A stretch of 64,000 bases of DNA from the human T2T-CHM13v2.0 reference genome, Homo sapiens: the NCBI RefSeq assembly GCF_009914755.1, contig NC_060926.1; one strand, written 5' to 3'. The notes under the pieces were generated by a model. It ran no database searches and had not been told where the DNA came from. It saw only the letters and a program-made list of their open reading frames with translations. The translations under genes were made by a program, and so were the position numbers. Positions 15,889 to 30,035 of the stretch are shown piece after piece; the first letter of the stretch is position 1, and each line of letters starts with the position of its first letter.

Positions 15889-16811
15889 ACTAATGTCCTG
15901 TATCTATAAGGAACTTAAACAAATTTATAAGAAAAAAACAACTCCGTTAAAAATTGGGCAAAGGACATGAACAGACACTTTTCAAAGGAAGACATACATG
16001 CAGCCAACAAGCATGTGAAAAAAGGTCAACATCACTGGTCATTAGAGAAATGCAAATCAAAACCACAATGAGCTAACATCTCACATTAGTCAGAATGGCT
16101 ATTATTAAACAGTCAAAAAATATAATAACAGATGCTGGTGAGGCTTCAGAGAGAAGGGGATGCTTATACACTGTTGGTGGGAGTGCAAATTAGCTCAAAC
16201 ATTGTGGAAAGCAGTGTAGAAATTCCTCAAAGAGCTAAAATCTTAACTACCATTCGACCCAGCAATCCCATTACTGGGTATACACCCAAAGGAATATAAA
16301 TCATTCTACCATAAAGATGCATGCATGTGTATGTTCATTGCAGCACTATTCACAATAGCAAAGACATGGAATCAACCTAAATGCCCATCAAAAGTAGACT
16401 GGATAAAGAAAATGGTGTATGTATACACTATGGAATGTGTCACAGCCATAAAAAGAATGAGATTATGTCCTTTGCAGGAACATGGAGGGAGCTGGAGGCC
16501 ATTATCCTTAGCAAACTAATGCAGGAACAGAAAACCAAGTACCACATATTCTGACTTATAAGTGGGAGCTACATGAAGAGTACATATGGACACAAAGAGT
16601 GGGACAACAGACACCGGGACCTAGTTGAGGGTGGAGGATGGGGAGAGGGGGATGATCAGAAAAAGTAACTATTGGGTACTAGGCTTAGTACCCGGGTGAT
16701 GAAATAATCTGTTAAAAAAAAAAAAAAAAAACCTGTGACACAAGTTTACCTATATAAGAAACCTGCACATGTAGCCCTGAACCTAAAATTAAAGCTTAAA
16801 TAAATAAATAA
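15889..16811 (+). mobile_element. 5'-truncated L1PA (older primate, L1PA13-16-like)
   Basis: ORF2 end (MFIAALFTIAKTWNQPKCPS) and 3'UTR; 14-bp TSD AAAGTTGGAGACCT at 15875-15888 and 16812-16825. Confidence 0.95.
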
Positions 16812-17049
16812 AAAGTTGGAGACCTGGAAGAATGATAGGAGCCATTTCACCCAAGAACACCACCCCTCCACCTATTCATTTTACAAAAGAGGAAGTCAAG
16901 CTGAAAGATCTGTCTGAGGTTGTTGGGCTAAACTGGACTCCAGGCCTCTTTCTTCCAAGTTTGATAGATCTAAGCTCCTTTTGAGATGATACACCTTTTC
17001 CAAGAAAATCCATTTTAAAACTCCTAGTGCATAAAATCACCAATGGATT

Positions 17050-17710
17050 TTAATTAAAACTCATGAAAGTGTGATGAGTAACAGAATATTTACAAGATCT
17101 CAAAGTATCTGCCCACACATTATTTACTAATTAAACAGAATAAAAGAGTAACTTTTCAATGGAAAAATCTGGTGGCTGCAACCTTTACCTAGTGATCAAA
17201 ATGATAAACAGGCATTGCTTGGCTCCTGAGAGGAGGCACTGAGAAGGCACAACATCACTGCTACGACATTCTTAGCCAAAATGCACAACACGAGTCTAAT
17301 CCTGACTGAGGAACATTCTACAAATATTTGGTTGTGCTTTTCAAAAACTTCAAGAATGTGAAACACAGTCTACTTATTTTCAAGCGATTCAGAAAAAAAC
17401 TGCTATACAAATAGACACATACACAAAGAAAATGTAGTACATATGCACTATGGAATGTGTCACAGCCATAAAAAGAATGAGATTATGTCCTTTGCAGGAA
17501 CATGGATGGAGCTGTGGGCCATTATCCTTAGCAAACTAATGCAGGAACAGAAAACCAAATACCGCATGATAAAAGAGAAGGGTAAATTAAATTAGACAAA
17601 ATATACAGTTGGTAAATCTGGAAAAGGGGTTTGCACAAGCCATGGTACTATTCTTGCAACTTTTCTGTACATTTTCTATCAATTCGAAATTATATAAAAA
17701 TAAAAAGTAT
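17050..17710 (+). mobile_element. L1MC-like 3' end fragment containing a 143-bp L1PA-derived insert
   Basis: CAAAGTATCTGCCCACA..GGAAAAATCTGGTGG..ACAACATCACT..GTACTATTCTTGCAACTTTTCTGTA..AAAATAAAAAG. Confidence 0.7.
17425..17567 (+). repeat. Local direct duplicate of 16405-16547 (L1PA segment)
   Basis: Gapless match at offset 1020, 10 mismatches in 143 bp by manual count. Confidence 0.93.
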
Positions 17711-17955
17711 TCAACCAGCAGCAACAACAAAGCATTTTATGTGTAAATTTCTGGGATAGCATTCTCCCAGCTACTGCAATGAATTCCATTTCTTAACTCT
17801 CCAAGGAGTAATCGTTTAGACAAACCACAGTGTCCTGAGCTGTGCTCTCACCAGTCTCTGCCTGGTGTTCAGGAAGCAAATCTAAGCTGTTTGGGGAGAT
17901 GTCAACCAGAATATTTCAGGATGCAAATAAGCTTACATATAGATTTTTTAGAGCA

Positions 17956-18405
17956 TGTCTTAGTTAGGTTACAGGTTTAGTTTGTATAACAGAGATCCAA
18001 AATCCAGAGGCTTAAGTAAGAGAAATGTGTCTTTCCCTCTCACCGAACAGTCAGGAAGGTTGGGAGGTCTGCCATCCTTAACCTGTGGCTTCCATCTCTG
18101 GATCCAAAGGAATAGCTTCAATTGCCATTTCCTAGCCAGAGAGGAGAGGGAAAGAAAGAGTGAAATGCACAGAGCTTCATGATGAAAACTCTACCTGGAA
18201 GTTTGCATACATCAATTTCATTATTACTTTATTGGCTAAAAATTTAATTACATGCCACAGCTAGACAGTAGGAGGCCAAGCAATCAGCCTCTATCTGGGT
18301 GGACGTGAGCCATGTTCCCAGTTTAAAGTCAGGGTGAGGGTCATGTTCTATTAGCAAAAGGAAGAGAGTGAAAAGGATAATGGTGTATAATCAGTCTCTG
18401 CCCAG
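17956..18405 (-). mobile_element. MLT1 LTR (MLT1J/K/L-like)
   Basis: TGTCTTAGTTAGG..TATAACAGAGATCCAAAATCCAGAGGCTTAA..ATTGGCTAAAAATTTAATTACATGCCACAGCTAG..CAGTCTCTGCC. Confidence 0.65.
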
Positions 18406-19830
18406 GGAATAGAGATTGAGGGACTTTTAGCAAAACACCACAGCTATGTTCCTAACATGGGTGTGGATCTTCATAGGAGGTAAAAAAAAACTCATGGAAG
18501 AAACTGGGCTCCCAAAGTAGACACTGTCTTGTTTGTTGTCCTTTTGGGTAAACTAAGTAACTGTAAGATTTCCAGAGAGATAAGGTCCTTTATTCTGGAG
18601 ACAAAGACCAATCAAAATTTTCTGTGCAGAAAGGATTGTCACAGTCAAATTATTTTCATTCTGTTGACAAAATAAAATGTCTCTAGGCAAACAGAGGTGT
18701 TGTCACCCAGCACATGTTCACATCCACATGCACATGCAAACAAACACATACACACACAGACACAGCACATGACAACATCCACAACTAACAGTGCACCAGG
18801 TTGCTCCAGGAGCCCAGAGTCCTCTCTTAGCTCTTCTCTTTATTGATTTAGAATGCCAGGATTACTTCTACTTCTATCATCGAGTCTCACTTTACATAGT
18901 TACTAAGTGATTTCTGCACAATAACAGGCAAATTATTCAAATATTGTGTTTTAAGGGATTGTGTCTTGACTCATCAAATTTATGAGTGGCAAATTGCTTT
19001 ATGCACATCTGAAAAAAATAACTTATCACAGAACAGACAAGCTAACACATCTGGATTCTAGTTGATTAAAGCTTTATTTCACTTTTGAGGGTTTTCCTTC
19101 AAAATAACATTCTCAAGTGTGCCTTTCTCTTCCCTTTTGTGTTCTCACATCTCTGTAGGATGCAGACCTCTGCACGGGCAGGCTGCAATGCGCTCTGCTT
19201 TTTCTCTCTAATTTCACTGTATCCCTGTGGAGGCTGAGAGGAAGCTACATAGAGTTTGAGAAGGGACTGTCTATTTTATTAGAATACCCAGTTTGCCATT
19301 TTAATCCCAGTCATGAAGACATGTGGACCACCGCATGTTAGCCATGTATCCTCATCACAGAGGCAGAGGAAAACACAGGGACACTCACACACTAGGAAGC
19401 CACGGACCCTCAAGCCTCCAAAGTGCCACAAAGAGGCCTTAAAAGTCACATTTCACCAAGGTCCACCATGCACCCTCCTCTTGGCCCTTCCAGTGCTCCA
19501 GATCTGAAGGAACTGACTCCCAGCCGCCTGCCAGTTCTACATCCAAATGCCCACCTAAGATTTATTTGGCTCCCTAAATTCCAGCCTGTTCAGCCAGCCC
19601 TTCTACACTGGCCGTCACAGCCCCAAAGCAAGGACCTCTAGAGAGCCTGCCTACCCTGGCCAATGCCACAGAATTCTCAATGTCAAGAGCATCCCTAAAG
19701 CTCATTGCTTTCTCGGCTATCTCCACTGCTTTATGACACCTGCCCACTCGCTTTTCAATGCCCATCTCCAACCAGAGATTGTTCATGGGGGCAATATCCA
19801 CATCTAGCAGAGGACAGCACCAAAGGAAGG

Positions 19831-20105
19831 GGTGGCATAGCATAGTGGTTACAGGTGTGATGCTGTGGTATGATTACCTGTGTTTGCATCCTGGCTCTGC
19901 CACTTCTTGTGTGATATGGGCATGGGACAACCTTCCTGTGTCCGTTTTCTTACCATTAAAATCTGGCTGATAATAGTATCTTCTTCACAGGATAGTGTAA
20001 AATTAAATTAGCTAATACATGTAAATCACTTAGAAGTGTACCAGACATAATTAAGGTTCACTAAACATTAGCTATCATTATTATTTTATTATTATTACTA
20101 TTATT
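19831..20105 (+). mobile_element. MIR, near full length
   Basis: GCATAGCATAGTGGTTA..ATCCTGGCTCTGCCACTT..AAATTAGCTAATACATGTAAATCACTTAGAA..TAGCTATCATTATTATT. Confidence 0.85.
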
Positions 20106-20590
20106 ATAGAATCTGACACTTAGAAGATCATTAATGACCTTATCCAAAGCAATTTTAATAAATTACAAGGGTATATAAGCCATTATGATGTGGACAGATG
20201 AATGAATGGAGGATGAGAAAGTAGAAACATGGAATTTGGGCAAGAGGAAGAAAACAGCTAGATAATAACTATAGAAGGTCACAGAGTCTAAAGGAATCAA
20301 TTCCTTCTTTTGCTGTAAAATACCTAAACAGAAACATTATTCTAAAGCTTTGGTAATTCTGATGAACTGGTATGAATGTAAGTGAATATATTAGCAGCAA
20401 TGAAAATATTAATCATAACTTACTTAAGCAAACTACTTCAAAGTTTACAAAGTAGCTTTATTTCACTTTATTCTTAAGTCTGAGGATACAGGCAGGACCA
20501 TTGATCCGACTTTACAAATGAGGAAATCAAGTCTCAAGGTGGATGCCTTGTCCCAAGCCACACATCCAACCAGAGTAAACTTCTCTCTGA

Positions 20591-20928
<338 letters not shown>

Positions 20929-21718
20929 TAAATTCTTGATATCTCAAAAATGCTTACATATGTCACCTTATACTCACAAACCTCAAAGACTTTCTGGTGT
21001 TAGTGACTACCATCTATTTTCTTGGTTTGGAATTAAAGAGCTGCCACAAATTGCCTTCTTGCCTAGGCTTCTCACTCAGGACATGTCCCATAACACAATC
21101 TTCCTCAATATTCTTCCTGAGCCACTTGGAGTCCCTGAGCAGATGTATTTGCTCACACTCTTAACCCCACCCACAATCCCCACCATCTTCCACTTCTCTT
21201 TATCTCATCTCTTTTCCACTGGGCCACCCTGACACCTGAGCAGAGGGTGAAGCCTCTTTTGCACTTCAAAACACTGACCAGCTGGCATTCATTCAGGACT
21301 TAATCGCCCCTGCTCCATAACTCATTCTTCTGGGCAGGTATCTCATCTCTACTGAATTCTACATTGGGAAAAGTCTCACCTCCTAAGAGCCCTCTACCTT
21401 CTTATAACACTAACCTTGCACCTGCTGCTGGATGTTTTGCTCTCTCCTCTGCTTCTATAGATGGTTTGTGATTTAAAGGTGGATATTCTCTTTGACATTT
21501 CTCTGCATTGCAATGCCCCACAGTCTTGCTGTCCAAATGGAAGAGGCTCTGTGCTGAGAGACCACAATGACCAAGATCAGGTTCACAGCACCTGTTGCTT
21601 GCAAGATCACTCTGGGTGCCAGGCAAAACAAGGGCATGGCAAGCCGGCTCCCCAGAGAGGCCCTCCCTTCTCCAAAGAAGGGCCCTCCCCCCTTGCTTCT
21701 TTATCACCTTGGCTTATT

Positions 21719-22042
21719 TTTTATTGTTTTGGGTTTTTTTTTGGGGGGGGGGGTTGTTTTATGTTTGTTTGTTGAGATGGAGTTTCACCCTGTCACTCAG
21801 GCTGGAGTGCAATGGCGCGATCTCAGCTCACTGCAACCTCACTGCAACAATTCTCCTGCCTCAACCTCCTAAGTAGATGGGATTACAGGCATGCACCACC
21901 ACACCTGGCTAATTTTTGTATTTTTAGTGGAGACAGGTTTCACCATGTTGGCCAGGCTGATCTGGAACTCCTGACTTTGTGATCTGCCCACCTCAGCCTC
22001 CCAAAGTGTTGGGATTATAGGCGTGAGCCACCGCACCCAACC
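21719..22042 (-). mobile_element. AluS (AluSg-like) with internal deletion/templated insertion and G11 in the tail
   Basis: 14-bp TSD CACCTTGGCTTATT at 21705-21718 and 22043-22056. Confidence 0.95.
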
Positions 22043-22344
22043 CACCTTGGCTTATTAAGCCGTGTACATTGTGGAGCACTTCATGCTTCTTGCTCTTTCT
22101 CTATCCATGACAGAACTGCTGTTTAAAAACTCTCCTTGGATATTTAAAGCATTGTAAATGTTTGGTTGTAAAGAGGTTTGGCCCTTTACTTTACATTCCT
22201 GTAAGTCACAAGCAGCAGCTCTGACACTGCATTTAAATGTAACAGGGAGTAAGAAAGGATTATAAAATTGGATACTAGGTTAAATAAATCTTCTAAATGT
22301 AATTTCCTTTATTAGGAAGAGGGAGGAAGTCAAGGAAGCAAGAA

Positions 22345-22860
22345 GGCTACTTTCCTTTTGCTGCTATAACAAATTACCACAAACAGTGACTTTAAAAACA
22401 CGCATTATCTTACAGTTCTGGAGGCCAGAAGTCTGCGGCAATGTCTCACTGGGCTAAAATCAAGGTCAGGGTAGGGCTGCCTTCCTTTATGGAGGCTTCA
22501 GAGGAGAATGCTTTCTAGCCTTGCCATCTTCTAGAGGATGCCCACTCTTCTTAGATGGTGGTCTCCTTCGATTTCCATAGCCAGCAGTGGAGGGCTAAGT
22601 CCTTTTGACACCAAATGTCTTGGAGCTTCCCTGTAGTTACATTTTTCTCTGCCTCCCTCTCCTACTTTTAAGGACCCTCTGATTGCTCTGAGCCCACAGG
22701 GATAATCCAGGTTGATTTCCCTATTTTAAAACCAGCTGATTAGCAACATTAATTCTATCTGCAACCCCAATTCCTCTTTGCCATGAAATCAAACGTATTC
22801 ACAGGTTGCCAGGGTTAGGACATGGACATCTCTAGAGGGACCGTTATTTTGCCTAGTATA
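22345..22860 (-). mobile_element. MLT1D-like LTR
   Basis: GCTGCTATAACAAATTACCACAAAC..TACAGTTCTGGAGGCCAGAAGTC..CAGCTGATTAGCAACATTAATTCTATCTGCAAC..TAGGACATGGACATCT. Confidence 0.85.
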
Positions 22861-23249
22861 GTAGATACAATTGCAGCTATGTCCTCCAAACTTCATGATC
22901 CTGGTATGGAGCTCTGAAACTGGGAAGACATTTTCAGAGGGATTGTCTTCTGACCATTCCTCATAGCTTCCTCCATCCATAATGTATCTGCTAAGGTTCT
23001 AGCCCCAAAGGCAGATCAAGACTCAGGTCCCACGGATGTAAGCTAGAGTAGCATCCTCCACGATATGGAAAGAGCTCTGAGGACTCCAAGACAAACCTCT
23101 GTGGAATTCATTGATATACAAGCTCTCTGAACTGCTCTGCCCATTACCAACTACTTACTTAGCGAGTATTCTCCATGTCTTTGGTAAGTCATGCTGACTG
23201 ATGGCATGGCATGCTCAAAGCTCTCTGCTAGTTGGCTAATCTCTGATAT

Positions 23250-23530
23250 ATACTAACACTGTCACCTCCACCAGTTGAGTTGAATGCTCAGCCATGTCAG
23301 TTGTGATTGTATCCAAACCTATTTATGCCAGTTGTATGTACTCTTGCCATTATGTAATTTAATAAAATGTCACATAAACCAATGAAAGATGAACACGAAG
23401 AGAGTTGTTTTTATGTACACTAAACTGAACACCTTGAAAAGACTTAATTAAGATGAGTCACAGAAAAGAGACAGGAAAATTGCATGATGAAACAACAGTA
23501 AAAGATAGAAAATAAAATTATAAAAAGCAA
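23250..23530 (+). mobile_element. Old Tigger (TcMar) relic including degenerate transposase N-terminus
   Basis: About 23398-23510 reads KRVVFMYTKLNTLKRLN*DESQK..ETTVKD (with frameshift), like the HTH-psq start of Tigger/CENP-B-family transposases. Confidence 0.6.
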
Positions 23531-24719
23531 AATTGGAACAAATAGTGGGTAACTAGCAATGGTTAAGAAACTGGAAGAACTGGAGCACAGTGGAAACCAG
23601 GTTGGGGAGAGCCTTGATTATTTATGCCAGCTATGTCAGTGTCCTAACCTTGCTTTTACTGGCTGAAGAATGGGTGAGTTAGGTATGACCAATGTGAATA
23701 TCATATGTAATCCACCTGAGGATGGATTTGAAGGTGTTTGGGAAGTGCCGTATAGAAATGAGAATTATTCATAAAAGACAAAAGGTAAGCAAGACAGCTC
23801 TTTCTCCTCAGTCATAGCAGGTGCCATTCCTTCAAATGCCTCCCTGCCCGGAGCTAGCAGGAGTCTGGGAATCTCCATTCTGTCTGAAAAGCCTGTTACC
23901 CTGTGTGATCCCAAGTTGACAGATAGGGCCATTGAGATAATGCTTCCTGAAAAACTACTTCCAGAAAATCCTGGCTTTTAGCTTGGTAACCTTTCCCCCT
24001 CCAGAGACAGCTATTAATTCGAGGAATATTGAAGAGCATCTGATGCCAGATCTTCTGAGCTGATCCTCCTTCCTGCTCACCAGTGTGTCCAAAGAAGATA
24101 GATACTTTCTATAGTCATCACTGTAAAGGCTTCATGGGCCTTGTGCCCATATGCTAGAAGAAGTCAGATCTGGGTCCTAAATGAATTCAAGACGCTGAAA
24201 GGCTCATCAGGAGCCCGAGCTACACATTTTCCCAACTCTGCCTTTCCTTTTGGTGTGGGTCTTCTATCAGTTGGAACACAGAGTCTGCTGCTCCAGCAGA
24301 AAGAGTTGGTTCACTGAACAAGCTAGAACCCTGGCATGTATGAACAAAGCCATGCAAAGGAGAATCCATTGCCCTGTTTACCACCCTGGGCCCTAAAGGA
24401 ACAAGAAATATAACAGAAACAATAGGTGTAATTGCATGTTGATGGGTTAAGAAATGGATATTTAAATATAATTTTGACATCAGAAAATAAACCAATAGAT
24501 TTAAACTAAAATGTCATGATTGAAGGTTGAAAGGAAAAAGAAGTAGTATAAGTGATGGAAATTTCTCAAATACTAAGCAAATCACAAATGATACTTTAAG
24601 TTGGTAAATCATATCTAGGTTACTACTAGAAGAACTGAAAATAGAAATAGTTAAAAGAAGGTGTGGGACAGAAAAGAAACAATGTAACCTTTTTCTTTTC
24701 ATCGCATACTCACATTTTT

Positions 24720-24995
24720 GATTTGTAAATAGTGAAAGGTCTAGAAAAATACACATTAAACTTTTTAAAATGTATCCAACCTGAGATGGAAGAATGGAAA
24801 GTGACAGAGAGTACTTTTACTTGTTGCTTTTCCTAACCTATATATTGTTCCCCATGAACATGTGTTCCTGTTAAACTTAAAATGTAAGAATTAACAATAA
24901 ATTATTTTACATTTATAAAGTGGAATATTGTAAAACTGTTTAAAAGAATGGTGCTGTAGAAGACTAATGGCATGGAAAACGTTCACAGCATGTGA
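24720..24995 (+). mobile_element. Degenerate L1ME 3' fragments
   Basis: AAGGTCTAGAAAAATACACATTAAACT; GTGGAATATTGTAAAACTGTTTAAAAGAATG..CATGGAAAACGTTCAC. Confidence 0.45.
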
Positions 24996-26379
24996 CCCCA
25001 CTTGATAAGAAGAGCTTTAAATCCCATTCACACATTCACACATGAATCCCTGACCACATTCAAACCAAGCTAGTTCAGGGCTTAAAATATTTATAAATTA
25101 TTTGTTTTATTAATTATAAAACTTTTTGAAACTTGCTGGAAATAATTGAGTCAAAATAGAAACATAAAAATAAATATTTCCTATTCCTTAGGGATATCAT
25201 TCTATTGTATGATCTTTTTACTTTTTCCATAAATATATAGATTTTCACTCTCTATATACATACACATATATATATACATATACACATTCTATTTTCTTAA
25301 GTAAAGATGGTATAACTCCTACTATTCTACAAGAATAAGAGAAGTGGTTCAAAAATGTGTGTATCATTCTTGCACTAGGGCTTTGTTAGTTTTTTTTTTT
25401 TTATATCCTTCTAAGGGTTTAATATGAACTGCTTTAGTGAGGATAGTGTTTAAAATATTATCAAAATTATAAAGACTTCTGAATTTAAAATGAGTTCAAA
25501 GACAATTAGCTTTAAAAGCCCAAAAGGCTTTATTGAGTTAACAGTGAGTTTAAAAAATGAAATTAATTTTAAACCATTGATTTTTTTTTCTAAAAGAGTA
25601 AGACATTTAAATTGTTTTTTAATTCAGTGTTTCAACTCAAAAAACTGAAATTAACTCAATTTAGCATTTCTATAGTGTTTGCAAATAGGTGTTAATATTC
25701 ATATGGCCTAAACCCCACAGCATGCCAGCGTCTTGGACTGCTTTCTCTTCCCAGAAATCTGGATTGTGCAGTCAGCACTGGTGCCCTGGACAGCATTGCT
25801 TGGGAGATCAGTGATAGGTTGGGAATACCATTTACTTCTGGAGACTACCAAAGCCCCATTCAGTGTGATGGTTCTATGCCACACATCCTGGAAAGAATGA
25901 CATTGATGTTTTAGGCTAACCTCTATTCTAGGGGAATCTAGTCTTGGAAAAACTTCATCCACCAGCTCTAATTGTTGCCATGCCCTGGAAGCTTGCTTCC
26001 TTGATCACGGTATCAGCTCTCACCTTCTGTTGTGCTTACTCTTGATGAAGACTCACTTCACTGAGAACTGGAGAAACAAGTCACCTCCTCTGAGTCCAGC
26101 GGCCCCTCCAGGACACTGCCACATGGCAGTCTTACATGAGAAGCAGAAGAGCAACACTGCTAAATGAGGCCACAAAGAAGGGAACCCAGGCACCTGACTG
26201 AGTCGTGTGATTCATGAAAGAATATTTTGAACCTCTCAAACATATCCATCAGTGAATCAGATTTTTGTGTTCCAACTCAAGGGCTCCCCAGGAAATCATT
26301 AGATGACCTAGAGAAAACGATCTAGCCCCTATGTGACTCAATTTCCTAAATGTAAAATGGGGATAATAAATAATACTTG

Positions 26380-26847
26380 TGTAATATAGTATTTTTAAAA
26401 TGCTATCTTGACCCGGTTTTAGGCCCTGGCTAGAGGCTGGTAAGTTCCCCTTCTTGAGCAGCCAATTAAGTCCATACCCACAACCGTCATCCTTTGTTGG
26501 ACTCTCACACTTCAGGCCTCTACACAGGCTCCCTAACTATACCAGGGCCAGGTGCCAGAGAGCCAGGAGCAGTTCTTATGCCTTAGAGCCTGATGAAGTT
26601 ATTCAAACTAGCCAACAATAGGCCTGCTTGCAGCAGAAGCCATGAGAAAGTCGCCTGTTCACAGTTCCCCTCCCTCTCTCTGCCCTGTGACCCTTGTGCT
26701 TCTCTCCCCCGAACGGCCCTGCCCGGCATGCTCTGTTCTCCCCCAGGGAAGTGTGAGATAATAAAACTGTAAGACTCTTTCTTGTTTCTTTTTCTTGATT
26801 TGTGTCTGGGTTCACTATACCTCAACCAAGGAAATATGTCTAAAACA
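26380..26847 (+). mobile_element. ERVL solo LTR (MER54/MER74-like) inserted into a MIR
   Basis: TG...CA ends; AGGCCCTGGCTAGAGG..GTTCCCCTTCTTGAGCAG..ATTCAAACTAGCCAA..AATAAA; MIR sequence resumes on both sides. Confidence 0.75.
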
Positions 26848-26866
26848 GCCTGCCCTGCATAACTCA

Positions 26867-27229
<363 letters not shown>

Positions 27230-27316
27230 TCAGAGAGATTACAGACTTACAATATAGTCTGAGATGCCCTCTTCAGCAGCAGAGAGAAGCATGGCCTCAG
27301 GTGATGGACACACACT

Positions 27317-27723
27317 GTGGTACACGTCACTAGCACTCATCAACACCAAGTTCTCACCTTCCTGGACACCCTGGAGACTACATCTCCTAGATCCCTTGAA
27401 CCTGGGCAGAGCCAAGTAATAATTTCTGAGCAAAGGCTGTGAGAGAAACTGATAATGTTTCACTTCCAGGTTGAGGCAAGAAAAACCCTGAAAGACACTC
27501 TAGTTCTCCCTTCACTTAGCAGTGGGCATGAAAATCAAGCATGGAGATTGCAGGACCACAAGTTCCAACAGCCTGGATAATTGATTCAAAGCATACTTGG
27601 GAGCCCCTGAGGGTTAATCTGACCTCTAGAAAAATTTTGCTTGGGTGAGAAATAGACTATAAGTCACTGAAATTTGGGGGTACTTTTTTCATAGCATAAG
27701 CTCAATCTAGCCTCTACAATACA
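27317..27723 (+). mobile_element. MLT1 LTR (MLT1I/J-like)
   Basis: TGTGGTA..GACTACATCTCCTAG..CACTTCCAGG..GAGAAATAGACT..AGTCACTGAAATTTGGGGG..AATACA. Confidence 0.7.
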
Positions 27724-28734
27724 CAAACACATGCAATATTAAAATGCCCTGCAAAGCTTCTGACTTAAAGATACAAACAAATAGAACAGTTAGAACACAA
27801 TTTTCCATATATAGTCTAAGTTACTAGAACCAGATAGCCAGGTGTTAAGTTGAAGAATTTTCCAAAGTAATAGCTTTAATATGGGTAGGAGAAGAAGGGA
27901 GATTGAGAATCCTAGTAGAGACTTTTCTGTGTTAAACAAATTAATGCTTCATCGTTCAAATCTACACAAATATCTAAAGTAAATCACTGGAGGATTTTTA
28001 TCACTGGCCATAAGGAAGTAACTGGGAGCAGACTTGCCCTCCCTCTGCAAACAATTAGAAAACTACAAAAATATGAAACAATGTATATAATTGGACAATA
28101 AGAAGCATAGGATGGTGATCATGCAGAGAAAGGAAACAGAACAAAGACAGCTCTAGAATTGCCCCACTTGCTTCCTAGGAGCACTTTCCGGACTACAACT
28201 TAAGAAGGCAGAACACAAACAAAATGTGGTTCTCTGTGAGTTGAAGAGTTAGTGATCCGAATTTTGGGAGGCTGAAGCAGCCAAAATTTGGTCAAAGTTT
28301 CATAAAGGAGAGAGGTGTGCAGGAAAAAAAAAAGATCCAGAAATCAGCATCGGGCCTCCTTGAGTCTTTTGCAGAATATTAAGCTGCGCATTCATGGAGG
28401 AATATCACACGGAGACAAGAGAGCTGTTCCATGCTGAGGCATGGAACGACTCACCATCTGTAAACTGAATAAATCTTAAAGCTTATATGAGACTGACAGG
28501 CATTTTACTCCCAAGAAGCCAGAGTTGCAAGATTTCACTGAACCTTCAGGGAACTCACTAGAGACCAGAAAAAGACCACAACTTAGAAATAAAGCTAAAC
28601 TAGTCCTAGAGTAAATGTTATTCTATGCTTGCTCAAAAAAGAAAAAGAAAAAAAAAAGGAAAAGAAAAGAAAGCCTCAAAAAAAACTTTAACAAAAATCA
28701 TCAAAAGGATCAAGCCATTCTGTAAGCAATTTAA

Positions 28735-28860
28735 CCCATTTATGCTGGAGGTTGCAAATTTTTTTTGTGAAAAATCAGACCTTGGCAATGACCTTGAGCA
28801 GGATATAAATAATTCCCACAAGCTCAGCATTCCAATAATGGAACACTAGGCATAAATGGG
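28735..28860 (-). mobile_element. MER85 (piggyBac-derived MITE)
   Basis: TTAA TSDs at 28731-28734 and 28861-28864; TIRs CCCATTTATGC/GCATAAATGGG; internal GTTCCATTATTGGAA palindrome on minus strand. Confidence 0.93.
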
Positions 28861-29585
28861 TTAATTGCTTGCCAAAAACAAACAAAAAAAATCTTAACAC
28901 TCTTTAAAGAAAGAAATAAAATCCATACATTCAACAATATAATAAACAATATCAGACATCCAATCAAATATCACTGGACAAAATATGGGGAAGCAAATGT
29001 GTATGACCTAAAATCAGAAGAAAAATTAATCAATAAAACATGCCCAGAAATCACAGAGAAAATAGAACTAGTCGAAGGAGAAATATACCTAGAAGGAGGC
29101 AGAAAACAGAAGATATAAAAAGAAACAAAAGTAATTCTACTGCTGAAAAATAGAATACCTAAAAAGAAAAACTCCCTACATGGGCTTTATAGCAGATTAG
29201 ACACTGAGTAAGAAAAGCTTTGTGAATGTGAAGATATTGGAATTTTAAATCTACCAATATAACCACGAAGAGAAAAATCCTCCCAAAATAAATAAATAAA
29301 TAAGCAGAACCTCAGTGATCTGTGTACAACGACAATAAGAGACAAACTATGGGAATGGAAAAATATTTGAGGACCTAATGCCCCAAATTATCCAAATTTG
29401 ATGAAAACTACCAACCTACAGGGCGCTAAGAAGCTCAATGAAACCAACCAATATAAACACAAAGTAATACCAAACACATCGTAGTATACTAGCTCTAAAG
29501 CAGTGATAGAGAAAATATTCAAAAACTATTAGAGTAAAAAGATACACTAGACATAAAAGAGCAAATGTAAAAATAAACACAGATT

Positions 29586-30035
<450 letters not shown>

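Noticed and set aside
16714-16731. Internal poly-A in the L1PA 3'UTR as a second insertion
   Set aside because: No TSD or body; L1 sequence continues on both sides, so a simple A-tract expansion is more likely
23398-23510. Domesticated Tigger/CENP-B-like gene
   Set aside because: In-frame stops and a frameshift; only a short N-terminal relic
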